Assembly (NCBI RefSeq): GCF_009914755.1
Contig: NC_060928.1
From: the human T2T-CHM13v2.0 reference genome, Homo sapiens
Direction: 5' to 3' (one strand)
Length of the DNA: 64,000 nt
Numbering within the stretch: position 1 is the stretch's first letter; each line of letters opens with the position of its first letter. The position numbers were made by a program, and so were the translations under genes. Shown in pieces: positions 27,842-40,585 of the stretch. The notes under the pieces are model-generated. The model made no database searches. It was not told where the DNA came from and saw only the letters and a program-made list of their open reading frames with translations.

Positions 27842-28767
27842 TGTGGGGAAAAGAAAGAGAGATCAGAGTGTTACTGTGTCTATGTAGAAAGAAGTAGACA
27901 TAAGAGACTCCATTTTGTTCTGTACTAAGAAAAATTATTCTGCCTTGAGATGCTGTTAATCTGTAACCCTACCCCCAACCCTGTGCTTGCAGAAACATGT
28001 TCTGTGTCGACTCAAGGTTTAATGGATTTAGGGCTATGCAGGATGTGCTTTGTTAAACAAATGCTTGAAGGCAGTATGCTTGTTAAAAGTCATCACCACC
28101 CCCTAATCTCAAGTACCCAGGGACACTAGGAAAGCCAGGTATTGTCCAAGGTTTCTCCCCATGTGATAATCTGAAATATGGCCTGGTGGGAAGGGAAAGA
28201 CCTGACCATCCCCCAGCCCGCAGTAAAGGGTCTGTGCTGAGGAGGATTAGTAAAAGAGAAAGCCCTCTTTGCAGTTGAGATAGGAGGAAGGCATCTGTCT
28301 CCTGCTCGTCCCTGGGCAATGGAATGTCTTGGTGTAAAACCCGATTGCATGTTCCATCTACTGAGATAGGAGAAAACTGCCTTAGGGCTGGAGGTGAGAC
28401 ATGCTGGAGGCAATACTGCTCTTTAAGGCATTGAGATGTTTATGTATATGCACATCAAAAGTACAGCACTTTTTCTTTACCTTGTTTATGATGCAGTGAC
28501 ATTTGTTCATATGTTTTCCTGCTGACCCTCTCTCCACTGTTACCCTATTGTCCTGCCACATCCGCCTGTCCGAGAAACGCCCGATAATGATCAATACATA
28601 CTGAGGGAACTCAGAGACTGTGCCGGCAGGGGTCCTCCGCATGCTGAGCACCCCTGGGCCGACTTTTCTTTCTCTGTACTTTGTCTCTGTGTCTCTTTCT
28701 TTTCTCAAGTCTCTGGTTCCACCTGATGAGAGAAGCCCACAGGTGTGGAGGGGCAGGCCACCCTTCA
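27842..28767 (+). mobile_element. HERV-K(HML-2) solo LTR, LTR5B-type (#1)
   Basis: TGTGGGGAAAAGAAAGAGAGATCAGA...CCCTTCA termini; perfect 6-bp TSD GTTTCC. Confidence 0.96.
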
Positions 28768-28983
28768 GTTTCCAATCTCACCGGTGGGCACATAAGCTAT
28801 TCTCAGCTCTGGGTGAACCCTAAGGGTTGTTTCCCCTGCTCCTTGGGTGTTTCTTTTTCCAGCTTTGGATAATTTGCTCACATGCATATCCTGATCAATA
28901 TTTGGCTGAATACTCAAGGGGGACCCTCTGCAGATCTCTGGGTTTTCTTTCTCTATAGTTCTCTCCTCTGCGGTAGTCTGCCA

Positions 28984-29443
28984 TGTCCAACTAAATAACA
29001 AACAGACAGGGAGACTCTATAAAAGAAAATAGTATTTATTCAGGAGTAGCATTGCAATGGGAATATGCATAACATGTAAATTATGTGCATATTCCAAGAG
29101 GTTGAGGCAATGGGGAGTTTTTAAAGGCAAATGAGGAGGATTACCTATGTTTTCTTGTTTGTTGTTTTGTTTTTAAATCAATCATCCTTGGCTACAAAGA
29201 TCAATAACAAGGGCAAATCAGTCCAAGGTTAAACAGAAAGTTGCTGGGCAGACGCCCTTGCAGAAGCATTTACTGGACAAGGTTGTGGTGACCTTTGTGC
29301 AAGGTTGTGGTTTTTGCAGTCTGTTTTGATAGTTTTGTTATCAGGCAAACATGCATGAGAGCCCTCCCTTCATGGCCTTCCTCAGGTCCATTTTGTCAGG
29401 GCATGACACAAGTAACTCCATTTTGATTCTGACAGCTTTGACA
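28984..29443 (-). mobile_element. MER65-like ERV1 solo LTR
   Basis: Reverse complement begins tgtcaaagctgtcagaatcaaaatggagttac; 4-bp TSD gcca/gcct. Confidence 0.75.
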
Positions 29444-29532
29444 GCCTTGTGAACTCTTGCTTCCTTGGCCTCCTTGAACTCTCAGCTCCATCTCCTCAAC
29501 TCAGGGAAGTCAATGGACTTCTCCTAGGTTCT

Positions 29533-29923
29533 TCATCTTTTTCTATTTTGTGCTGCTATAACAAAATACAAGAGACTGGGTAATTTATAAAGAAAAAATT
29601 AATTTTCTCACAGTTCTGGAAGCTGAAAAATCCAAGATCAAGGCACTAGCAGGTTTGGTTGTCTGGCGAGGGTTGCTCTCTGCTTCCAAGATAGTTCTTT
29701 GTTGCTGCATTTTCTGGAGGGGAGGAAAACTGTCTTCTCACATGTATGGTAGAAGGTGGAGGGGCAAGTGTGAAGCATCTTTTATAAGGGCCATAATCCC
29801 ACTCTCAAGGGAGGAGCTCTCATGACCTAATTGCATGTTAAAAGCTCCACCTTTTAATACTCTCACATTGGCCAGTAAGTTTTAACACCTAAATTTTGGA
29901 GAGTACACATTCAAACCATTGCA
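29533..29923 (-). mobile_element. MST (MSTC/D-like) MaLR solo LTR
   Basis: tgctgctataacaaaata...acattcaaaccattgca. Confidence 0.8.
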
Positions 29924-30324
29924 CCCACCCTGCACTGCAGCCTGCAAACTCTTTAGGCGGTGAGCTGATCCAACTGCAGGGCTCACATCGTTTGCTTTCC
30001 TTGTCTCAGGAATTGCAGTCCTGTGCTACCAGTATCTACAAGCCATTGTTTTATGTCTTGTCCATTTTTATGGTTGTTTCACATGGAAGGGTAAATTAAG
30101 TCCCTGTTATTCCATCATGGCAGGAAGTGGAAGTTTGAAAGACTGATAAAACACCTGTGTGGCTAGAATTACATGTTGCCAGATGAGACCAGAGGAGTAG
30201 ACTGGCAGCAAGCAGATTTTCCAGTTTGAAAAATATTAATGTATCTTTTTCTCTTTGCCTTTTCATGTACACAATGTGTAGATGCTAGCATAAGGCACCT
30301 GTTTACTTGGAGCGGGGGATGTGA

Positions 30325-30679
<355 letters not shown>

Positions 30680-30808
30680 TGCTATCTTGATATTGAGGGT
30701 ACAAGGTGAACTGGGAGACCTGGAGAGCCTAGCATGGTGCAAAGAGGGCATGGTACCTGGGGATTTGGTGTGGTCAAGGCTAGCAGAAAGGAAAGGTGAT
30801 GGGAAGAA

Positions 30809-31782
30809 TGTGGGGAAAAGAAAGAGAGATCAGATTATTACTGTGTCTGTGTAGAAAGAAGTAGACATAAGAGACTCCATTTTGTTCTGTACTAAGAAAA
30901 ATTCTTCTGCCTTGAGATGCTGTTAATCTGTAACTCTACCCCCAACCCTGTTCTCCCTGAGACATGTGCTGTGTCCACTCAGGGTTAAATGGATTAAGGG
31001 CTGTGCAGGATGTTCGTTGTTAAACAAATGCTTGAAGGCAGCATGCTTGTTAAGAGTCATCACCACTCCCTAATCTCAAGTACCCAGAGACACAAAACAC
31101 TGCGGAAGGCCACAGGGACCTCTGCCGAGGAAAGCCAGGTATTGTCCAAGGTTTCTCCCCATGTGATAGTCTGAAATATGGCCTCGTGGGAAGGGAAACA
31201 CCTGACTGTCCCCCAGCCTGACACCAGTAAAGGGTCTGTGCTGAGGAGGGTTAGTAAAAGAGGAAGGAACGCCTCTTTGCAGTTGAGATAAGAGGAAGGC
31301 ATCTGTCTCCTGCTCCTCCCTGGGCAATGGAATGTCTCGGTGTAAAGTCCAATTGTATATTCCATCTACTGAGATAGGGGAAAACTGCCTTAGGGCTGGA
31401 GGTGGGACATGCTGGCAGCAATACTGCTCTTTAAGGCATTGAGATGTTTATGTATATGCACATCAAAAGCACAGCACTTTTTTCTTTACCTTGTTTATGA
31501 TGCAGAGACATTTGTTCACGTGTTTACCTGCTGATCTTCTCTCCACTATTATCCTATTGTCCTGCCACATCCCCCTCTCTGGGAAATGCCCGATAATGAT
31601 CAATAAATAGTAAGAGAACTCAGAGGCCGGTGTCAGCGTGGGTCCTCCGTATGCTGAATGCTGGTCTCCTGGGCCCATTTTTCTTTCTCTATACTTTGCC
31701 TCTGCATCTGTTTATTTTCCAAGTCTCTCTTTCCACCTAATGAGAAACGCCCACAGGTGTGGAGGGGCAACCCATCCCTTCA
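30809..31782 (+). mobile_element. HERV-K(HML-2) solo LTR, LTR5B-type (#2)
   Basis: 974 bp, canonical termini, TSD GAAGAA/GAAGAG. Confidence 0.96.
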
Positions 31783-32111
31783 GAAGAGTAGCACTTTATG
31801 ATCACTACTGGGAGGGTCCCAGAACAACCACTTCATGCATAGGCCAGCCAGGACCCACAGAACTCTGGGGAGTTTCAAACAGTCTTATTTCTCCGTCCTC
31901 CAGCAGCATGAGATCTTGTGTTATCTTTACTTTTCTCATAAACTTCATTGTCACCTAGGAGGAAGGTTAAGAGAGGGGACAGAACTCTGATTTTGGATTT
32001 TCCTGGCTCATTTAAATAGCCTAAATTACTTAGAGACTGTTTAAAGGGGCATGCACCAAAATTTCTCCATCTTTTGACTTACCAGATTCTTTTTCCTCTG
32101 ATACTTCTCAG

Positions 32112-32192
32112 AATGAGGTCTTTTAAGTAAATGAGGTCTTTTATGGTCTTTTAAGTAAATGAGGTCTTTTACTGATGAGGTCTTTGAAGACC
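32112..32192. repeat. Degenerate tandem repeat, five GGTCTTT-core units
   Basis: aatgaggtcttttaagta and partial copies. Confidence 0.8.
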
Positions 32193-32315
32193 AGAACAGT
32201 AAATAAAAAATAAAGGAGGTTTTTTATATTTTTATTTTATTTTATTTTTTACACATCTGAATGTTGTGTGAGTAAATCTGCAACCTCACCATAAAGTTAA
32301 GAATTTCTGTTTTAG

Positions 32316-32694
<379 letters not shown>

Positions 32695-33467
32695 TCAAAA
32701 TTTCAAAGTTAATTTCAAAAGTTCACTCAGCCAAAGTAAGTGAACTATTAAAGCTTAGAGATCTTTCAGAGACTATTATAGTACCAAATGCCAAAACTGA
32801 TTGAAAATACTCAGATTTTAAGAAAATATTTTATGATAATCTGTAGTATGTATTTATATAAATATTTATTTATTTGTATGTATTTTTGTATCTGTAGAGT
32901 TTACCACTATTCCAAGGCACCTAGATGACCATGCTACTAATATAATAATGTTAGAAGAAAGGCAAATCTAATTTTTATAAATGCTAACCCATTTTGAATT
33001 CAAACCACTATTTTTTAAAATTTCTCATCTCTTTTCAGTGGAAGAACCACCTAGTCCAAGAAATTTTAAAAAAAAATTACAATAGTTATTTTTACCACGT
33101 GTATCAAAGTGCATTGCCTAAGGCCATGTACTCTTTCAGGAAGTGAAAATCCATAAAAATAATTCTATACTAAGAGGTATGTCACCATTCTTTCTCAGGC
33201 CAGAGGCTCCATCCTTACCTTGGGCATTCCCAAGTGTCCAATCTGATTGTTAATAACTGTCACAATTTATGAAGTTCTTTGAATATGCCTTATCTGGATG
33301 GTTGGTAAATCAGAATAATAAGGATATTTGGCCCTTGAATTAATTAGTAGGTGCTTGATTTGACTAATCTCTTTTAGTCCCTACTTTAGCTGGTACTATC
33401 TTGTAAATCTTACTTATGGAAATGGCTGACACAAAGTTTTCTAGTAATTTTGCTTCTTGTTACCAAA

Positions 33468-33838
33468 TGTATTAGTCCTGTCTTATGCTGCTAATAGAGA
33501 CCTACCTGAGACTAGGTAATTTATAAAGGCAAGAGGTTTAATTGACTGACAGTTCGGCATGGCTGGGGAGGCCTCAGGAAACAAACAATCATGGCAGAAG
33601 GGGAAGCAAACACATCCTTCTTCATATGGCAGCAAGAAGGAGAAGTGCCAAGCAAAGTGAGAAAAGCCTCTTATAAAACCATCAGATCACATGAGAACTC
33701 ACTACCATGAGGACAGCATGGGGGTAACCACCCCCATGATTCAATTACCTCCCACCAGGACCCTCCCATGACATGTGGGGATTATGGGAACTACAGTTCA
33801 AGAGGAAATTTGGGTGGGGACACAGCCAAATCGTATCA
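33468..33838 (-). mobile_element. THE1C/D-like MaLR solo LTR
   Basis: tgtattagtcc...cacagccaaatcgtatca. Confidence 0.9.
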
Positions 33839-33994
33839 CCAGTGATCCCTTTTCTCATGTACCTAATGCAGGAAGAAAATTGAGGTTTTACATTCTGAAG
33901 TGCTATTCCATCTTTAAAAATCGGAACTTTATTTCTGCTTGAATGTCCCATTCCATATTTTAATGTAAGGGGATTTGAATCAAGTAGATTTCTT

Positions 33995-34375
33995 TGTTTT
34001 ATTTTTATTACACAGGCAATATATGAATATATGATTGTTCAGAAATAATTGAAAGATATAGATAAGTAAAATAGAATTAAAAAGTCACTTATACCAACAA
34101 CAGCCAGGAAGTAATCACTGTTATCTTCATCTTATTGTATATTCTTCAGATTTCATATTATTGTTATTTGTAAACATAAAAAGACATCATGCTTCTTTGG
34201 TTTAGCAACATATTATTAACCTTCTTTGCCAGTAAATATTGTTTTAAAACATTATTTTAAAAGGATGTTCCATTATATGAATATGCCACACTTAATAAAG
34301 CCTTCATTTTTGGGTGTTCAAGTTCTTTTAATTTTTTATAAATATTGCAAACATAGCTACACAATTTAACAAAAC
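33995..34375 (-). mobile_element. Ancient L1ME 3' fragment
   Basis: ttccattatatgaatatgccaca and related L1ME 3' motifs, highly diverged. Confidence 0.5.
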
Positions 34376-35023
34376 ACAGTTGCAAAAACAGGTAAATGTT
34401 TGCATATATCATGAACTGCTTTCTTCAAATTAATTGGGAAATGTGTAATGAATTCAGATGACTTAAAATTGACCCCTGTTGCCATTTTCCTAATCATGGA
34501 AAAGAGTAAAATATATAAGTTACCTTTCCACCCACAACACAGAAAAATGCCACATAACAATGCTACCGTGAGGCATCTAGAGAGTGAATTATGCCTCCTC
34601 AAACTCCCAGTCGGACTAATTAAGTTTGCATAACCTGTTTCACCATGTGGCTTGGTTCACAAGGTATGGACTGCTAATGACCAAATGACTTATTAAAACA
34701 TAAAGTACTCAAATCAGTTAAAAACAATAATAATAAAGCTCAACTTGGATAAATCTACTGGTAAAACAAACTACAGTTTATAGGACATCTGATAGGAAAA
34801 ATAACAGCTTTTATTCCTGTACATTAGCTGTGAATTGTGATTCCATTTTTGGCTAGATCCTGACTGGAGCATACAGGAAGCATCCAGTAATCAGTTTGCT
34901 GGTGGAGTCCTAATGGTAAAAGACAAGGCAGATGAGCTAACGACTGAATTGTGGAAAGGGTCCCAGGGAGACCAGGGCTGCATAGTTCCTGTTTCTTCAT
35001 TCCCTTTTCTATGTTAAGAAAAG

Positions 35024-35027
<4 letters not shown>

Positions 35028-35054
<27 letters not shown>
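35028..35054. repeat. (GA)n microsatellite within a purine-rich tract
   Basis: Direct tandem repeat. Confidence 0.9.
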
Positions 35055-35060
<6 letters not shown>

Positions 35061-35959
35061 GGAGAAAAAGGGGAGAGGCAGAAAGAGAAAGAGAGGCACT
35101 GATTGGCTTGGCCCAGGAAATACTCAAGCAGATAATTTTTGGTTATTTCATCTTTTAGATCCCTGTGTCTTTGACTCTTAGAGGATCAGTTGGAGCAAAC
35201 AATTTAGAAAGTGAACCCACTAAGAAATAAGCTTTAGGCAATGCATTTGGAGCCCATCAGAGAGTGTAACTATTTTGGTAGTAATTATAAGTGCAAAGTG
35301 GAAAACTAAAACTCACGTGTCCAGATCTGTCTCTGATTACAAGTCTGAAAGATAGAGAAAATGAGCAGTATAATTGAAAGGCAGCTGGCAAGTGCAGTTT
35401 TATTTCCAGATGACGTTGCCAGAAAGCTCCTCTGGTTTAAAAACACAGTCATAATTTTTAAAACAAATCAAACTGTTAACATTTTTTACTTCCATTTATT
35501 TATTTAAAAGATAGGAATATAATATATGTATATATGTATCAGGTATACCAACGTGTAATACAGAGGAAATTAATTAATAATATAAAATGTACCAAAGAAT
35601 ATAGAAAATAATACCATGAATACTCATGGCTAGACAAATACTGCCAAGGCTCTTTGTGTTTCCTCAACAATTGCTTCATGACATATATAAGCATTGCTAA
35701 ATATTACGTAACAATTTTGTATATTCTTTAACTTCATATAAATACATTTTCTCTGTATGTATTTTTCTGTAACTTGATATTATATTTGTAAGAATCAACC
35801 ATATTAATACCTGTAGCACTACGTCATTTGTTATAATGTCTATTTTGCTTGACATTAATGTAACTATATATAGGTATTTTGGTTTTTATAAGTTAGTATA
35901 TGTTTTTCTATGTATATAAGTCACAGATTTGTATGTGCTTTTGCTTTATGTATGCCTCT

Positions 35960-36280
35960 TGCTACGATGTGAATGTTTGTGTCCCACCAAAATTCAAATG
36001 TTGAAACCTAATCTCCAATGCAAGAGTATTAAGAGGTAGAGACTTTGGGAGGTGATTAGATCATGAGGGCTCCACCCTCATTAATGGGACTAATTCCCTT
36101 ATAAAAGAGGCTTGAGGGAGTCTGCCTGGTTTCCATGTGAGGACACCTAGAAAGCAACATCTACGAGGAATGAGCTCTAACCAGACACCAAATCTGCTGG
36201 GAGCTTTATCTTGAACTTCCCAGCTCCACAACAGTGAGCAACAAATTACTATTATTTTTTTCTTTCCAGAATAAATTAAT
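35960..36280 (+). mobile_element. MLT1A/MSTD-like MaLR LTR
   Basis: tgctacgatgtgaatgtttgtgtcccaccaaaattc...ccagacaccaaatctgctgg. Confidence 0.8.
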
Positions 36281-37749
36281 TATGATACTACCAGGGTCAA
36301 AGTGAATTTGACTTTCAATTTTATATAATCCATCAATGACTATTCTCTTTTTAAAGTCTTGGCAGCTCTTTGGGGGATGGAAGAAGACCATGAAGCTCTA
36401 AGTGCTTCAGAGGAATGGGGTTGCCAAAACAGATGTGAGAGGCCCAGAGAGGAGGCTGGGCCAATGCTGAAGGTAAAGATCCAATTCACAGTTCCAGCTA
36501 AACTTGACCTTACCTGTAGTTTTAATAAAATAAAGTAACAACTATTTCTCCTAAGTGTTTACTATAGCCTGTGTAAGAAGCAAATATACTGTTGGCTTAG
36601 AAAATAATGGGTTATTGTTTTCCTTTTGAACAGTTTTCTTTTTCTCTTTATTTTTCTTACCTCCAAGCAGCACCAGAACAGATGAATTCAGTTTTCTGTG
36701 CATGTATTCTCTGGGGAGAGTCAGGGAGGAAATTTTTACTTTTGTAGCAGCTGGAAAGTACATGTTTCTTCATAGCAAGGAAAAGTTGTGTATGACACTT
36801 CAAAAGTGGAATCCTTGAGTTCCTGCTGGGGACCAGCATAGCAGCTGCAATGAGATCAAAGTTGCAATAGACCCCTTGCTCAGAAAAATTTAGAAAATTG
36901 AATCCCCTGGAACTAGATATTTATTGCTTTATGTAGTTTAGTTCAGGTTGTGATTTCAATGGGAATCTTCAATCAGAACTGTAATGAAGGTTTATCTTCC
37001 TTGAAATGAGATAAATCGGCCCAAATCATCCCCTACTTGCATAAACATACAATTTCAGGTAACAGTCACTGGTTGGTAATGTTTCTCTATTTTGTATCTA
37101 ATGCCTGCTCTATTTGTTCTCTCCTCCTAGGGTATTATTTTGGGGCTGAGTGCAGAAATAAGAGATGCGTGCTAAAAGGTCATCGGTTTAGAACCAGCCC
37201 TAGATCTCCTGGGATCCTGCCCAGCTGAATCTTCCTCCTTGTAACATGGGCTTTGGGAATTTGTGAGAGATTTAAATAAAGTAAGAGACACTTAGGAAAT
37301 GAATTCATAGGGCACTGGGGAAAATGCTGAGCATATAGGGGCAGGAACTATGGTTTGAGCAGAGAGGAACAGGAGATATGGAGATATTTATAGCAATGAG
37401 TTGCCACTCAGTTCATATCGGATGACTAAAATGAGGTGTGTCTGCCCTCTGAGTAACCTGAATGGAAGAAAGCCTTTTCACCTTTTATCTGCAGTGAGTA
37501 GGTGCTCCATAGAATGTTCAATCAAATCTGAACTGAAAGAAGCATTTTAAATTCACACTTCAAGAGATCACAGAACAAACAGAAATTAGCAAGAGATTTT
37601 AATTTCAATTTTCTACTTGTGATAGTCTGGTAAGAAAAAACTATAAAATAAAATAACAACCTATATTCTAGTTAGTCTCAAGCAGAATTTTTGGGGCTTG
37701 CTATTGAAAGTTCTATGTAATCATTCTTTATATTAAAAGTATATTTGCC

Positions 37750-38100
<351 letters not shown>

Positions 38101-38589
38101 TTATAAATAATTTTTATTTACAAATATTTACAAATAATTAACCCGTGGTCTGATGACCTATTCAGAAACTTGTAAGTGATGTGTTAGCCCTAGCGTTGCT
38201 ATATCCCTATTTATTTTCTTCTCTTAACCTTCCACACACTGTGTTTTATTAGGATTTACTAAAGCAATGTCTTCAAAGAGGTGTTTAAGAAGGAGAGGTT
38301 GGTCGGAACCAGAAAATGCATTCCTGGGATGATCTTTGGGATACACCCAACTGACCCTCTGAAAAGGTCAGCCACATGTATTTAATAATTATACTATATC
38401 ACCAAACTCCAAAGTCAGGGTGGAACTTATCTACCAAATCTCAGCCTTCCAAGCCAACAGAGTTACTTTCTGATCCCTACTATATATCACACTAGAAAAT
38501 AAGTATGTAGACCTTATTATCAAAGTGGCTATGCATGCTCAAAACACAAACGAGTTTAAAATGATTTATAATTGTTGAAGCATAAATTT

Positions 38590-38862
38590 GAGATAATGCT
38601 GTCTGTTTTTGAAGGGCTTATGAACTTAGAATTGTTTTTAGATTTTTTAATGGTTAAGAAGAAAAGAATAACATTTCATGACACATGAAAAGTATTTGAA
38701 ATTCAAATTTCAGTGTCAATAAAGTTTGATTGATGACAGTCACACTCATTCATTTATGAATTGTCTATGGCTGCTTTGTACTACAATGGCAGGATTGTGT
38801 ACTTTTAACACAGCCTAAAATTTCCAGTATATGGCCTTTTAAAGAAAAAAGTTTGATATTCC
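38590..38862 (+). mobile_element. MER58B-like hAT-Charlie DNA transposon
   Basis: ttcaaatttcagtgtc...ttgtctatggctgcttt...tggccttttaaagaaaaaagtttg. Confidence 0.75.
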
Positions 38863-39030
38863 TTACTTTATGCCCTTGTCAAGTAGAATCAGTAGAATCC
38901 AGGGTCTCCATGGGTCAGATCCAGGTATGGCTATCCCCTGTTCTTTCTTTTGTATAGCAATGTATATAAATGGTCTTTCCTCTGGTCTGTATGGCCAGGA
39001 GCATAGCTTGAGTAACCAGCTATAATGTTT

Positions 39031-39168
39031 TCTGATATTCCAGAATATCAGATAGGAAGAACTCACAGGGACACTCCAAATGTATTCTGGGGGACACTAA
39101 ATGTATTCACAGGGACACTCCAAATGATATTCTGGATGGGAAGAACTCACAGGAAAACTCCAAATGTA
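39031..39168. repeat. Mosaic short tandem and inverted duplication
   Basis: GGAAGAACTCACAGGRMMACTCCAAATGTA twice plus partial copies. Confidence 0.8.
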
Positions 39169-39922
39169 GTACAATCTGTATGTATATGGCACTTCAGTCC
39201 ATTTATGGACTGAAAAGTTGAGAAGCCTATTTCTGGCATAGCACTATATTCTGGCACCACATAGGCATCATAAAATTTTAACTTGAATTTTGCTGTATTA
39301 AGAATACTACCTCTGTGATCTTCTTATTTGGTCATAATTTCTTTGAGTTTTTTATCTTTCAAATAGCTAAGCCATTATTTTGGAATGTTCAGACTTGTAG
39401 ATTTTTTTTTTTTTCAGTTAATTCCCACAATTCGGAGTGGAATTTGCATGACTTTAGACTATTTAAAGTGATTTCACAGGTTTACTGGGGCATCCAAAGT
39501 CAAGTAAAACTGTGCTAACAATATGACATTTTTCCTTTGGAGTTACATTCTGGGGAACTGAAATTCTATTTTTCTATTCCCAGTGTTTTGGGAAACCAAG
39601 AATACTGGCTTCATAGCAGCAAAGACAGCGAATAATATTCTGTGCTCAACGTTCCATTGGTCTGAGAGTAAAGGGAAAAGGGTTCAGAGCCATTTCTGCC
39701 TCCAACTAGTTTTGTGGCTTTATGCTCCTCATTTAACTTATATGGACCTTAGTTTCTTTTTTAATTGGCAAATAATAATTGTATATATTAATGGGGTCCA
39801 ATGTAGTATTTTCATATATGTATACATTGTGGGATAATCAAATTAGGTGAGTTAGCATATCCCTCACTGAACATTTGATATCCTCTTTTAACTGTTTTAA
39901 AATATATAATACGTTATTATTA

Positions 39923-40226
<304 letters not shown>

Positions 40227-40525
40227 ATAATACGTTATTATTAACTGTAGTCACCATGCTATGCAATAGATCACCAGAACATGTTCCTTATGTCTAACTG
40301 AAACCCTGTACCCTTTAACCAACATCTCCCCTTTCCTTGTCTACTCCTGCGCCCCAATCATTGCCAACCTCTGGTCCATTCTACTCTCTACTTGAATGAA
40401 TTTGACTTTTTTTAGATTTCTCATAAAAGTGAAATCATATGGCATTTGTCTCTCTGTGCCTGGCTTATTTCATTTAGCCTAATGTCTTCTAGGTTCATCC
40501 GTGTTGTCACAAATGCCAGAATTTC

Positions 40526-40526
<1 letters not shown>

Positions 40527-40583
<57 letters not shown>
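40527..40583. repeat. Compound (TC)n(TG)n microsatellite
   Basis: Direct tandem repeat inside the L1MA. Confidence 0.92.

Positions 40584-40585
<2 letters not shown>

Larger units (their letters stand above)
27376..30135 (-). mobile_element. Ancient L1M(E) 5'-region fragment split by LTR5B, MER65 and MST insertions
   Basis: Colinear L1ME-like pieces between the LTRs, ending ttccatcatggcaggaagtggaagt. Confidence 0.6.

Noticed and set aside
28083-28823. ORFs recurring at 28083-28823, 31060-31958 and 48701-49412 as a paralogous gene family or SVA
   Set aside because: They are chance frames within homologous LTR5 copies; no SVA hexamer, VNTR or Alu-like domain is present.
39031-39168. CRISPR-like repeat array
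   Set aside because: The units are irregular and overlapping, there are no unique spacers or cas genes, and the context is eukaryotic.
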